From an uncultured Actinomycetota bacterium (lineage in GTDB: Bacteria > Actinomycetota > Actinomycetes > JAHEKZ01): 64,000 nt of DNA. Positions 30,128 to 38,988 of the stretch are shown in pieces. A program made the position numbers and the translations under genes. Below the pieces are notes generated by a model. The model was not told the DNA's origin. It made no database searches and saw only the letters and a list, made by a program, of their open reading frames with translations. Each line of letters starts with the position of its first letter. The first letter of the stretch is position 1. Location: positions 303,667 through 367,666 of the forward strand of contig CAWKCE010000005.1 of the NCBI GenBank assembly GCA_963848085.1, read 5' to 3'.

Positions 30128-31711
30128 CTAGTTCGGCGGGAAGTAGTCCGCCTGTCCGGACTCCTCCTCGCGCTCAGTCACGTCATACCCCTCGGTCTCG
30201 GGGTGTCCGTGCTTGCCGTGCGTGACCGCGAACTCCTCCTCGGGGGACAGCACCAGACGGTGCCGGCCGAAGATGGCGAAGTACACCAGTCCGATGATGA
30301 AGAAGATCGCGACCCCGATCACAACCTGCCGGTAAGACTCGTTGAAGGGCAGGATGACCAGCGTCAAGCCGGCGATCACCGCCGCGATGGCCGCGCCGAG
30401 GACGCCCATGGGGCTGCGGTACGGACGAGTGACGTCGCCGAACTTGTTGCGCAGGATCAGGAATGCCACCATTTGCAGGAAGTACGCGATGACCGCACCG
30501 AACACGGCGATGTTGAGCAGCTTGCCGGCCACAGCGACGGCCGCGTCGGTCGCCGTCCCGTCCTCGAAGGCGGTGAGGCCGAAGATCAGCGCAATACCGA
30601 TGACGGCGCTGACCGCGAGCGCCACCCACGGCACCTTGCGCACGCCGGTCAGTGACAGGAACTTCGGGTAGTACCCGGCACGGGACAACGAGTACATGTT
30701 CCGACCAGCGGCGAACATGATGCCCTGGAAGGACGCCACCAGGCCGGTCAGAGCGAACAAGGACAGCAGGGACGCGATGTTGCTGTTCGGGAAGATGACG
30801 CGGAAGCCGTCCAGGATGGGTTCGCCGCTTGCCGAGAGCTCCTGGGAACCGACGATCCCGGGGTTCAGGATCAGCACCAGGAATGCGGTCGCCAGGAGCG
30901 TGAACATGCCCCACGTCGATCCGCGGGGGATGTCCTCCTGCGGCGTGTGGGTCTCCTCCGCTGCGAGCGGGAGCTCTTCGATGCCGAGGAAGAACCAGAT
31001 CGCGAACGGCAGCGCCGCCAGGACCCCCGTCAGACCGAAGGGCAGGAACGTGCTGTTGCCGGCCTCGGGCACGATGTTGGTCAGGTTGTCGACCGAGAAC
31101 TTGCCCGAGAAGATCGCCAGGACGAAGAAGACCGCCAGGACCGACAGCGACATGATGGTGATGACCATCGCGAACCGGAACGAGGCAGCCGATCCCATGG
31201 AGTTCAGGCCCACGAACACCAGGTAGAACAGGGTGACCCACATCCACAGCGGCATCGTGAAGCCGAACAGGTCATCGGTGATCGCATCGGCGTACAGCCC
31301 GGAGAACGTCCCGACCACCGCGGTGGTGATGACGTACTCGATGGTCTCCGCGAGGCCGGTGACGTAGCCACCCCACGGCCCCATGGCCGCTCGCCCGAAG
31401 GAGTACGCACCACCGGTGTGCGGCATCGTCGATGCCATCTCGGCGATGCTGTAGATCATTAGCAGGTACATCAGGCCGATGACGATGGTGGCGATGAGCA
31501 TTCCGCCCCAGCCGGCCTCGCCGATGCCGAGGTTCCATCCGGAGAAGTCCCCGGAGATGACCGCCGCCACCCCCAGTGCCCACAAGGACCAGGCACCGGC
31601 GTGACGCTTCAGGCCACGCTTGTCGAAGTACTCAGCCCCCGCATGCTGGTAGGTGACCCCCGACGTGCCCATCGGACCCGCTCGGCCCGACTTGCTGGAA
31701 GTGTCCGCCAC
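30128..31711 (-). CDS. eat: Ethanolamine permease (APC superfamily, EAT family)
   Basis: N-terminus with YQHAGAEYFDKRGLKRHAGAWSLWALGVAAVISGDFSGWNLG, typical of ethanolamine permeases. 12 TM APC fold. Confidence 0.8.
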   Translation of the reverse strand: MADTSSKSGRAGPMGTSGVTYQHAGAEYFDKRGLKRHAGAWSLWALGVAAVISGDFSGWNLGIGEAGWGGMLIATIVIGLMYLLMIYSIAEMASTMPHTGGAYSFGRAAMGPWGGYVTGLAETIEYVITTAVVGTFSGLYADAITDDLFGFTMPLWMWVTLFYLVFVGLNSMGSAASFRFAMVITIMSLSVLAVFFVLAIFSGKFSVDNLTNIVPEAGNSTFLPFGLTGVLAALPFAIWFFLGIEELPLAAEETHTPQEDIPRGSTWGMFTLLATAFLVLILNPGIVGSQELSASGEPILDGFRVIFPNSNIASLLSLFALTGLVASFQGIMFAAGRNMYSLSRAGYYPKFLSLTGVRKVPWVALAVSAVIGIALIFGLTAFEDGTATDAAVAVAGKLLNIAVFGAVIAYFLQMVAFLILRNKFGDVTRPYRSPMGVLGAAIAAVIAGLTLVILPFNESYRQVVIGVAIFFIIGLVYFAIFGRHRLVLSPEEEFAVTHGKHGHPETEGYDVTEREEESGQADYFPPN

Positions 31712-31772
31712 GACTGCCCTCCTTGTAGAGCGGCGCGGAACCCCCGAACGCGTCGCAGATTGATGGGGCCTG

Positions 31773-31788
31773 TGTGACAGACATCACA
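31773..31788. promoter_or_regulatory. CRP/GlxR-type binding site TGTGACAGACATCACA (TGTGA-N6-TCACA)
   Basis: Perfect match to both half-sites of the CRP/GlxR consensus. It sits in the 81-bp divergent intergenic region between the eat and nuoD-like genes. Confidence 0.6.
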
Positions 31789-31792
31789 GCAG

Positions 31793-33082
31793 ATGTCAAG
31801 GATCGATAGCAGACCATTGCACAAAGTCATCATGCTGCAACACACCGCACGCGGGCCGTCCGGCACCGCACCCGACCCGGTGGTTTCTGGCACGATCGGG
31901 TCCGTGGTGGACAACCAGCTCATCGTGGGTCTGGGGGCCGGCGCGGACCAGGTGGACATTCGGCGTGACGACCTGGTCACCGCGGAGATGGTCCTCAACA
32001 TCGGCCCGCAGCATCCGGCCACTCACGGCGTCCTCCGGCTGCGCCTGACGCTGGACGGCGAGCGCATCGTGACCGCCGAGCCGGTGATCGGCTACATGCA
32101 CCGCGGGGCCGAGAAGCTGTTCGAGGTTCGCGACTACCGCCAGATCATCATGCTGGCCAATCGACACGACTGGCTGTCCGCCTTCGCCAACGAGCTCGGC
32201 GTCGTTCTCGCCGTCGAGCGCATGCTCGGCATGGAGGTTCCGGAGCGCGCGACGTGGGCCCGCACTCTGCTGGCCGAGCTCAACCGCGTGCTCAGCCACT
32301 TGGTGTTCATGGGGAGCTACCCGCTCGAGGTGGGGGCGATCACGCCGGTCTTCTACGCCTTCCGCGGCCGCGAGGTCATCCAGGCGGTCATGGAGGAGGT
32401 GTCCGGCGGACGGATGCACTACATGTTCAACCGGGTCGGCGGACTGAAGGAGGACCTCCCGAACGGCTGGACCGCCCGCGCGCGCGCGGCCGTGACCGAG
32501 GTCCGCGGACAGCTTCCCGACCTGGAGTCGCTCATCTTCGGCAACGAGATCTTCCAGGCTCGGACCGTGGGCGTCGGCGTGCTCAGGAAGGAGCAGGTGC
32601 TGCAGTACGGCGCGAGCGGACCCATCGGGCGCGCGTCCGGCGTCGACATGGACCTGCGACGCGACGACCCGTACCTCGCGTACGGCGAGCTGCAGGACGT
32701 GCTGCGGATCCCCACTCGCGAAAGCGGCGACTGCTTCGCCCGGTTCGAGGTCCTGCGTGAGCAGATCCATGTGTCCCTGGACCTCGCGGACGCCTGCCTC
32801 GACCGGCTGGACGCGTTGCCGCCCGGCCCGATCAACACCCGGCTGCCGAAGGTGCTGAAGGCGCCGGAAGGCCACACCTACGCGTGGACGGAGAACCCGC
32901 TCGGCGTCAACGGCTACTTCCTGGTCTCCAAGGGGGAGAAGACGCCGTGGCGACTCAAGCTGCGCTCGGCGTCGTTCAACAACGTGCAGGTGCTGACGGA
33001 GATGCTGCCCGGCCAGCTGGTCCCGGACATGGTGTCGATCCTGGGCTCGATGTTCTTCGTCGTGGGAGACGTCGACAAGTAA
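31793..33082 (+). CDS. NADH-quinone oxidoreductase subunit D homologue (NuoD/Nqo4, 49-kDa subunit paralogue), stand-alone
   Basis: [43 protein letters not shown] and a C-terminal [16 protein letters not shown]...[27 protein letters not shown], diagnostic of complex I subunit D and not of a [NiFe] hydrogenase large subunit. No other nuo genes flank it. The start may be the internal Met (MLQHTARG) at ~31832. Confidence 0.8.
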   Translation: MSRIDSRPLHKVIMLQHTARGPSGTAPDPVVSGTIGSVVDNQLIVGLGAGADQVDIRRDDLVTAEMVLNIGPQHPATHGVLRLRLTLDGERIVTAEPVIGYMHRGAEKLFEVRDYRQIIMLANRHDWLSAFANELGVVLAVERMLGMEVPERATWARTLLAELNRVLSHLVFMGSYPLEVGAITPVFYAFRGREVIQAVMEEVSGGRMHYMFNRVGGLKEDLPNGWTARARAAVTEVRGQLPDLESLIFGNEIFQARTVGVGVLRKEQVLQYGASGPIGRASGVDMDLRRDDPYLAYGELQDVLRIPTRESGDCFARFEVLREQIHVSLDLADACLDRLDALPPGPINTRLPKVLKAPEGHTYAWTENPLGVNGYFLVSKGEKTPWRLKLRSASFNNVQVLTEMLPGQLVPDMVSILGSMFFVVGDVDK

Positions 33083-33149
33083 CGCCGAGTGCACCCCCGC
33101 AGGACACTTTCAGCCCTCGAGTGCGCACCTCGCTCGGGACGCCCGACGC

Positions 33150-33232
33150 ATCGCGCGTGCACTCGGCGGGCATAGGTGGCCTGGGAGTGTGCACTCGACG
33201 GGCGGATGTGGCCTGGGAGTGTGCACTCGGCG
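33150..33232. repeat. Tandem direct repeats (2 x 22 bp GTGGCCTGGGAGTGTGCACTCG, period 31) plus additional GTGCACTCGG partial copies, each with a GAGTG..CACTC near-palindromic core
   Basis: Perfect 22-bp copies start at 33176 and 33207. Related partial copies lie at ~33158 (GTGCACTCGG) and, inverted, at ~33118. They sit in the convergent intergenic gap between the nuoD-like gene and a minus-strand membrane-protein gene. Confidence 0.7.
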
Positions 33233-33841
33233 CTAGGCGCCGGCGGCCTGCCGAAGCTCTCGGATCTCCGACGCGGTCAGGTCCAGCACCCGGCGCCCGC
33301 GGGTGGGGTCACTGCCACCGTCGACCACGATCGACGGCGGGACCTCGGCGGGCTCCTGTACCGGGTCGAACGCCGGCGTCGGCGGCAGGTCCTCGGCGAA
33401 CGCGGCCCGGACGAGGGGCAGGTGCAGCGACGGGTAGACCGGGTCCGGGACGGTGTCGACGGGCTGCACCATCTCCTCGACCTCGGTGCGCAGCCGCCCC
33501 ATCTCGACGATGAGCTCGGCGTTGGTCTGCATGACCACCGACAGCTCCTGGCGAAGCTGGTGCACCTCGCGCTCCCGTTCGTCCAGCAGGGCCTGCAGCA
33601 CACGCCGGGTGTCGCGGCTGCGCCCCAGCAGCACCGCGAACGGCACCACCACCAGCACTGCCAGCACCACGACGCCCGCGCGGACCCACCGAACGTCGTC
33701 GACGAACACTGCCGAGGCCGCCACGGCCGCAGCCAGCACCGTGAGGAGAACCAGCGAGAAGGTTCCCGAACGGGGCTCCCGCCGTTTCGCGTGACGTCCT
33801 GCGGCCATGAGAGGAGGGTACGCCGTTGCCGACCTCGACAT
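33233..33841 (-). CDS. Hypothetical membrane protein with coiled-coil segment
   Basis: Two TM helices (FSLVLLTVLAAAVAASAVFV, VVVLAVLVVVPFAVLL), then a heptad-like coiled coil (LQALLDEREREVHQLRQELSVVMQTNAELIVEMGRLRTEVEEM). Several overlapping alternative-frame ORFs here look like artefacts. Confidence 0.55.
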   Translation of the reverse strand: MSRSATAYPPLMAAGRHAKRREPRSGTFSLVLLTVLAAAVAASAVFVDDVRWVRAGVVVLAVLVVVPFAVLLGRSRDTRRVLQALLDEREREVHQLRQELSVVMQTNAELIVEMGRLRTEVEEMVQPVDTVPDPVYPSLHLPLVRAAFAEDLPPTPAFDPVQEPAEVPPSIVVDGGSDPTRGRRVLDLTASEIRELRQAAGA

Positions 33842-33871
33842 CGGACATTCGGGCCGGGCGTGGCAGGCGCG

Positions 33872-34351
33872 TCAGGCGGCGGGAGCCGCTCCTGCGCCCG
33901 GGTCCTCTTCGGGGGGGTCCACGCGGCAGACCCGCTCCAGCCAGAGGGCAGCCGCCGACATGGCCGCCGCCGCCAGCGCAGCCAGGCCGGCGACCAGGAG
34001 GGTGCGGCGGCGGAACGGGTTGGCCAGGTCGACAAGGAGGAACACCGCGTAGCCCCCGTACAGCCCGAACATGGCCGCCCCCGCGCGGGACCCCGCCACC
34101 GCGAGCATGGCCGTCCGGGCGGCCTTGAACGGGTCCAGTGGCTGGTGACCCTCCTCGCGAGCGATCCGTGGCCGCAGCGCATAGGCGGCGAGGGCGAACC
34201 CGGCCGCCAGCAGGAGAAGCATGGCCGGAGCCGTCACGGGCACCCCGGGCGGCGAGCCGGTCAGGGCGTCCCACAGCGATGCCCCCACATAGCCGACGGC
34301 GCCGGCGAGCGCGGCGTACACAGCCAACAGCCGCAGGCTCGTCGGACGCAT
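33872..34351 (-). CDS. DUF3180-like membrane protein
   Basis: Four predicted TM helices. Trimmed to the Met (MRPTSLRLLAVYAALAG) whose ATG overlaps the folK stop (ATGA). Positionally conserved downstream of folK in actinobacteria. Confidence 0.65.
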   Translation of the reverse strand: MRPTSLRLLAVYAALAGAVGYVGASLWDALTGSPPGVPVTAPAMLLLLAAGFALAAYALRPRIAREEGHQPLDPFKAARTAMLAVAGSRAGAAMFGLYGGYAVFLLVDLANPFRRRTLLVAGLAALAAAAMSAAALWLERVCRVDPPEEDPGAGAAPAA

Positions 34352-34854
34352 CACCGCAGCTCCAAGCGAAGTCCGGTTGCGCGCACTCCGCCTGACCCGA
34401 CCACGCGTGCCAGGTCGGCGACGCGACCCCGGCCCACGACCTCGAAGTCCGGGTCCACCTCCGCCCACGGCACGAGCACGAAGGCGCGCTCGGCGGCGAG
34501 CGGGTGCGGAAGGGTCAGCCGCTCACCGAACACGGTCACCGACCCGACGGCCAGCACGTCCACGTCCAGCGTCCGCGGCCCCCAGTGTTCGGAGCGCACT
34601 CGGTCGGCCGCAGCCTCGATCGACTGCGTGACCGTCAGCAGGTCCTCCGCGGCCAACGACGTCTCCACCACGACCACCGCGTTCAGGAAGTCGGGCTGCT
34701 CCGGGCCACCGACCGGATCGGTCTCCACGACCGACGACACGGCGAGCACGTCGACACCCGGCGCACGAATCAGGGCGTCGACGGCCGCCTGCAGGTGAGC
34801 CAGCCGGTCCCCCAGGTTGGAGCCGACCGACACCGCCGCCCGCTCGCCACTCAC
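34351..34854 (-). CDS. folK: 2-amino-4-hydroxy-6-hydroxymethyldihydropteridine pyrophosphokinase
   Basis: HPPK motifs (VSVGSNLGDR, GPRTLDVDVL, ERAFVLVP). Confidence 0.9.
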   Translation of the reverse strand: MSGERAAVSVGSNLGDRLAHLQAAVDALIRAPGVDVLAVSSVVETDPVGGPEQPDFLNAVVVVETSLAAEDLLTVTQSIEAAADRVRSEHWGPRTLDVDVLAVGSVTVFGERLTLPHPLAAERAFVLVPWAEVDPDFEVVGRGRVADLARVVGSGGVRATGLRLELR

Positions 34855-35210
34855 CGGCGCCGTCGCGTGACCACCACGGCCACGTCGTCGAACGGGACCC
34901 CCACGGGCGCCTGGGGCTTGTGGACGGTCACCGTCACTTCGGTCACCCGCGGGTCGTCGAGGATCCGGTCCGCGACGCGCACCGCGACCGTCTCGATGAG
35001 GTTGCAGGGTGGCCCCACGACCTCGGCGACGATGGTCGAGGCCACCTTTGCGTAGTCGACCGTGAGCGACAGGTCGTCCGAGCCCGCCGCGGGTGAGAGG
35101 TCGATGCTGAGCTCGGCGTCCACGACGAACGTCTGCCCGTCGCGACGCTCCTCCGGGTGCACCCCGTGATGTCCTCGGGCGCGCACCCCGGTCAGTCGGA
35201 TCCGGTCCAC
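34851..35210 (-). CDS. folB: Dihydroneopterin aldolase
   Basis: DRIRLTGVRARGHHGVHPEERRDGQTFVVD... FolB fold. Trimmed to the GTG at 35210, which has a GGAGG ribosome-binding site 8-13 nt upstream (reverse strand: ggaggcaggtgacttcGTG). 4-nt overlap with folK. Confidence 0.85.
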   Translation of the reverse strand: MDRIRLTGVRARGHHGVHPEERRDGQTFVVDAELSIDLSPAAGSDDLSLTVDYAKVASTIVAEVVGPPCNLIETVAVRVADRILDDPRVTEVTVTVHKPQAPVGVPFDDVAVVVTRRRR

Positions 35211-35214
35211 GAAG

Positions 35215-36081
35215 TCACCTGCCTCCCGCTGTCGTCCAGGCCCGGGCGACGCGCACCGCGTCGGCGCTGCCGGCAGCCTGGTGCACGCGGACACACCAAG
35301 CACCGCTCACTGCGGCCAGCGCCGAGACCGCCGCCGTCGCGACGTCACGTCCGGCTATGACCCGCGGCCCGTCCTCGTCGGCGAGCAGGTCGCCCAGGAA
35401 CCGCTTCCGGGACGCCCCGACGAGGACCGGGCGCCCGAGCTCGCGCAGCCGGTCGAGCCTTGCCAGCAGGGGCCAGTTGTCGACCGGTTCCTTCGCGAAG
35501 CCGATACCCGGGTCGACCACGATCCGCTCTTCAGAGATGCCGGCCGCCACGGCCGCGTCGATGCGCGCCGCCAGCTCGCTGCGCACGTCCTCGACGACGT
35601 CGTCATACGACGTGCGCCGCATCATCGACGCGCTGTCACCGCGCCAGTGCATCAGCACACAGGGGACCGCGCTGCCCGAGAGGAACGGCAGCATCTCCGG
35701 GTCTGCCAGACCGCCACTCACGTCGTTGACCAGGACCGCGCCGGCGGCCACCGCACGTGACGCGACCTCTGCCCGCATCGTGTCGATGCTCACCGCAGCA
35801 CCGGAAGCGTGAAGTGCCGTCACCACCGGCAGCACCCGACGCAGCTCCTCGGCCAGCGGTACCCGTCGGGCACCGGGTCGAGTCGACTCGCCGCCGACGT
35901 CCACCAGGTCGGCACCGGCGTCCACCTCCGCGAGCGCGTGCCGGACGGCGTCCTCGACGGTGTCGAACCGGCCACCGTCGGAGAACGAGTCGGGAGTGGT
36001 GTTGATGACCGTCATCACCAGACAGCGGTCGAGCCCGGCCAGCCGGACGGGAAGTCCGATCGGCGGGGCGGGCGAGGTCAC
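35215..36081 (-). CDS. folP: Dihydropteroate synthase
   Basis: VMTVINTTPDSFSDGG pterin-binding motif, DVGGESTRPG, and the DHPS TIM barrel. The N-terminus of the track ORF is probably over-extended. Start tentatively placed at the GTG at 36081. Confidence 0.85.
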   Translation of the reverse strand: MTSPAPPIGLPVRLAGLDRCLVMTVINTTPDSFSDGGRFDTVEDAVRHALAEVDAGADLVDVGGESTRPGARRVPLAEELRRVLPVVTALHASGAAVSIDTMRAEVASRAVAAGAVLVNDVSGGLADPEMLPFLSGSAVPCVLMHWRGDSASMMRRTSYDDVVEDVRSELAARIDAAVAAGISEERIVVDPGIGFAKEPVDNWPLLARLDRLRELGRPVLVGASRKRFLGDLLADEDGPRVIAGRDVATAAVSALAAVSGAWCVRVHQAAGSADAVRVARAWTTAGGR

Positions 36082-36179
36082 CCGTCGAGCGTAGAGGAAC
36101 TCCGCAGTTGGCCCGGTCGATGCCTTCCTGCCGGGGGACGATGAGTGGCAGGCTGACGCCAGCCCACCGGAGGACTCCC

Positions 36180-38960
36180 ATGCGCCCAGGTCGCGTCCGC
36201 CGACTCGCGATCCTCGGCGCGCTGACACTGGTGGTGCCGGCCCTGGTGCTGCCGGCCGCCGCGGTCGCGGTGCGGCCCGCGCCGCGCATCAGCGCCGTCA
36301 GCGCCGTCGTGGACGCGGCTCCCACGCGGCCAACGGCAGCACCGGACGGGTGGCGCGTGGTCCCCGTCGAGACCGGGGTGCGCGTGGTGTGGCGCAGCCG
36401 GAGCCCGGTGCCCCTGCGCGACGCCGCGGTCGAGTTCAGTCTCGGCGGCCAGCTGCTGGGGATCCCTCGCCCGGGCCGCGACGGGCACACCTACGTCCTG
36501 CAGCTCGACGGCCCGCTCCCAGGTCCGGCCAGATCCCTGGAAGTGACCGCCGGCGGGGTTCCGCTGGACGCGCACGGGCGCTCGGTCCTGCCGCGATCGA
36601 CGACCTCGCCGCCCGTGGGCGCCGAAGACGAGGGTCCCGTTGCGCGACGAAGCGCCTTCGACCCGGGCGTCCCGGGCCCCTACGCCACAACCCGCACCGA
36701 CTACGACCTGGGCGGCGTCGACGTCGGAGGCTTCGCCGCACCCACCGAGGTGGTCGGCGCCGTCGTGTCGCCGGTCGCCGCACCCGGTCCCCGACCCCTC
36801 GTACTCATCCTGCACGGTCGCCACAGCACCTGCTTCACGGGCGGTCCGGACGGTCGCTCGGCGGGGGACTGGCCCTGCCGGCCCGGCTGGCAGCCGATAC
36901 CCAGTCACCTGGGCTACCTCGACGCACAGGAGCTGTTGGCCAGCCAGGGCTACGTGACCGTCTCGATCGCGGCGAACGGCATCAACGGGCAGGACTGGGC
37001 GGCCCCCGACGGAGGTGCCGAGGCGCGCTCCGAGCTGGTGCGTCACCACCTGGCGCTGTGGCACACCTGGGCGACGGCCGGTGGCGGGCCGTTCGGCGAC
37101 GACTTCGTCGGCCGCGTCGACCTCGACCACGTTCTGCTGGTCGGCCACTCACGAGGCGGCGAGGGCGTCAACCGCGCCGCCATCGACTCCCGCCCGGCCG
37201 ACCCCTGGCAGATCGACGGGCAGGTCCTCATCGGGCCCACGGCGTTCGGCCGACAGGCCGCACTCGGCGTCGACACGACCGTGCTGCTCCCCTACTGCGA
37301 CGGTGACGTCTCCGACCTGCAAGGGCAGCAGTACGTCGACCAGGTACGCGACCTCTTGACGGGCGGCCGGACCGATCCGGCGCTCCGGTCGGCAGTGCTC
37401 GTGATGGGTGCGAACCACAACTACTTCAACCGGGAGTGGACCCCGGGCGAGTCGGCTGCCCCGTCCTCGGACGACTGGTGGATCGGCCGCGACCCCACAT
37501 GTGGCCGCGACGCCCGGCTGGCGCCGGCATCGCAGCGCAACGTCGGCGCCGTCTACATCGCGGCCTCCGCGGCAGCATTCGTCGACCGCCGCGCATCGGC
37601 GCTTCCGTTGCTCAACGGCACACCTGCCCGGCCGGCATCGCTCGGTGGTGCGACCACGCACGTGAGCGCTCTCGGCGCCCGCCGCCAGGCGGTGTACTTC
37701 CCCGCCTCGACCGAGCCCGAACCGCGTGCCGTCGGAGCCGACGCGGCCGTCTGCGAGGGGTACCGCGACGACCCGGTCCTGCCTACCTGTCTCCCCCGGT
37801 CCTCGCCGTCGCCGAACTTCCTGCCGATGTACGGCGCGTGGGGGGCACCTGCACCCCAGGCGCTCCGAGTGAGCTGGACCCGCGCCGGAGGACGGGTCGG
37901 GCTGCCGCTCGGCACCCCGGTGGACCTCCACGGCGCGACGTCGCTGGAGCTGCGCGTGGCCGTCGCCGGAGGCGGGGGTCCGGCCCGGTTCGGGGTCGAG
38001 GCTGTCGACGAGTCGGGGACCCGGTACCCCCTCGGGGTCCGCACCGTGCGACAGCTCCCCGGCAAGGGCGCGATCTCCAAGGCCTGGGGACAGACGGTCC
38101 GCCTCGGTCTGCCCGCTGGACCCGGCGCACCACTGAGCACGGTGCGCGCCCTGCGGCTCACCCCGGTGTCGCGCCACGGCTCCCTGGTGCTGCTGGACGT
38201 CCAGGGCCGTCGGGCCGGGTGGTCGCGCGCACCGGTGCCCTCCCTGCCGCGGGTCGACGTGGTCGACCGGACCATCGTGGAAGGCGACGGGGGGGCCCGG
38301 ACCGAACGCATCCGGGTGAGGGTGACCGGCGCCGCGAGCGGGACCGAGCAGGTGTGGGTGCAGCCGCCCGATCCCGACTACTCGGGCGTTCCGGGCTACC
38401 CGGTGACGCTGGCCCCGGGGCAGACGGTGATCGACGTGCCGATCTCGGTTGTCGGCGACGACCGCGACGACTACGACGTCCAGGGCGCGGTCATCGTCAA
38501 GGCGCTCCGCGACGTCGTCACCGGCCACTACGCCGGCTCCGTCCGCATCGTCGACGACGACCCGGCGCCGGTACTGCGCGTCGAGCGCACCTGGCAGACC
38601 GTCGCTGAAGGGGAACGGCTCCGCTGGGACCTGAGCCTGTCGCTGCCGAGTGACAAGTGGGTCGCGCTGACCCTTCGTCCCACGTCCCCCACCGCCGGAA
38701 CGGAGTTGACCTTGGCTGACCTGGGCGTGCGCTTCCGCAGGAACCACGGACTTCCAACCGACGACCGTCAGGTGCCGTTGTCGCAGACCCGCTTGCGCGT
38801 GTGGACGTCCTTCGAGCCCGGCGTGATCACCGGACGGCTCACTCTGCCCACCCGTGTGGACGACCTCGACGAGGGCCTCGAGCGAGTCGTTCTCAACGCC
38901 AGGGAGGACCCCGACCTCCGCGTCCCCTGGCTGCTTCGAGGGCTCGTCACCGACAGCTGA
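36180..38960 (+). CDS. Secreted alpha/beta-fold serine hydrolase (lipase/esterase-like) with C-terminal Calx-beta-like beta-sandwich domains
   Basis: Signal peptide MRPGRVRRLAILGALTLVVPALVLPAAAVA. Nucleophile elbow GHSRGG (GxSxG) preceded by an LILHGRHSTCF oxyanion region, with downstream candidate Asp (YCDGDVSD) and His (MGANHNYFN). The C-terminal ~350 aa contains VIDVPISVVGDDRDDYDVQGAVIV / SVRIVDDDPAP repeats typical of Calx-beta/CARDB-like domains. Confidence 0.75.
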   Translation: MRPGRVRRLAILGALTLVVPALVLPAAAVAVRPAPRISAVSAVVDAAPTRPTAAPDGWRVVPVETGVRVVWRSRSPVPLRDAAVEFSLGGQLLGIPRPGRDGHTYVLQLDGPLPGPARSLEVTAGGVPLDAHGRSVLPRSTTSPPVGAEDEGPVARRSAFDPGVPGPYATTRTDYDLGGVDVGGFAAPTEVVGAVVSPVAAPGPRPLVLILHGRHSTCFTGGPDGRSAGDWPCRPGWQPIPSHLGYLDAQELLASQGYVTVSIAANGINGQDWAAPDGGAEARSELVRHHLALWHTWATAGGGPFGDDFVGRVDLDHVLLVGHSRGGEGVNRAAIDSRPADPWQIDGQVLIGPTAFGRQAALGVDTTVLLPYCDGDVSDLQGQQYVDQVRDLLTGGRTDPALRSAVLVMGANHNYFNREWTPGESAAPSSDDWWIGRDPTCGRDARLAPASQRNVGAVYIAASAAAFVDRRASALPLLNGTPARPASLGGATTHVSALGARRQAVYFPASTEPEPRAVGADAAVCEGYRDDPVLPTCLPRSSPSPNFLPMYGAWGAPAPQALRVSWTRAGGRVGLPLGTPVDLHGATSLELRVAVAGGGGPARFGVEAVDESGTRYPLGVRTVRQLPGKGAISKAWGQTVRLGLPAGPGAPLSTVRALRLTPVSRHGSLVLLDVQGRRAGWSRAPVPSLPRVDVVDRTIVEGDGGARTERIRVRVTGAASGTEQVWVQPPDPDYSGVPGYPVTLAPGQTVIDVPISVVGDDRDDYDVQGAVIVKALRDVVTGHYAGSVRIVDDDPAPVLRVERTWQTVAEGERLRWDLSLSLPSDKWVALTLRPTSPTAGTELTLADLGVRFRRNHGLPTDDRQVPLSQTRLRVWTSFEPGVITGRLTLPTRVDDLDEGLERVVLNAREDPDLRVPWLLRGLVTDS

Positions 38961-38988
38961 CGGAGCCAGTGCCTGCGGGCCAGGGCGC

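Noticed and set aside
33176-34798. 540-aa + strand ORF, plus 33277..34182 and 33309..34274 minus-strand ORFs
   Set aside because: They overlap the folK and DUF3180 genes and a coiled-coil membrane gene. Extremely Arg/Gly/Pro-rich with no motifs.
36350-38747. 318-aa + strand and 532-aa minus-strand ORFs inside the secreted hydrolase gene
   Set aside because: Alternative or antisense frames. Only the 36108/36180..38960 frame has a signal peptide, GxSxG and beta-sandwich repeats.
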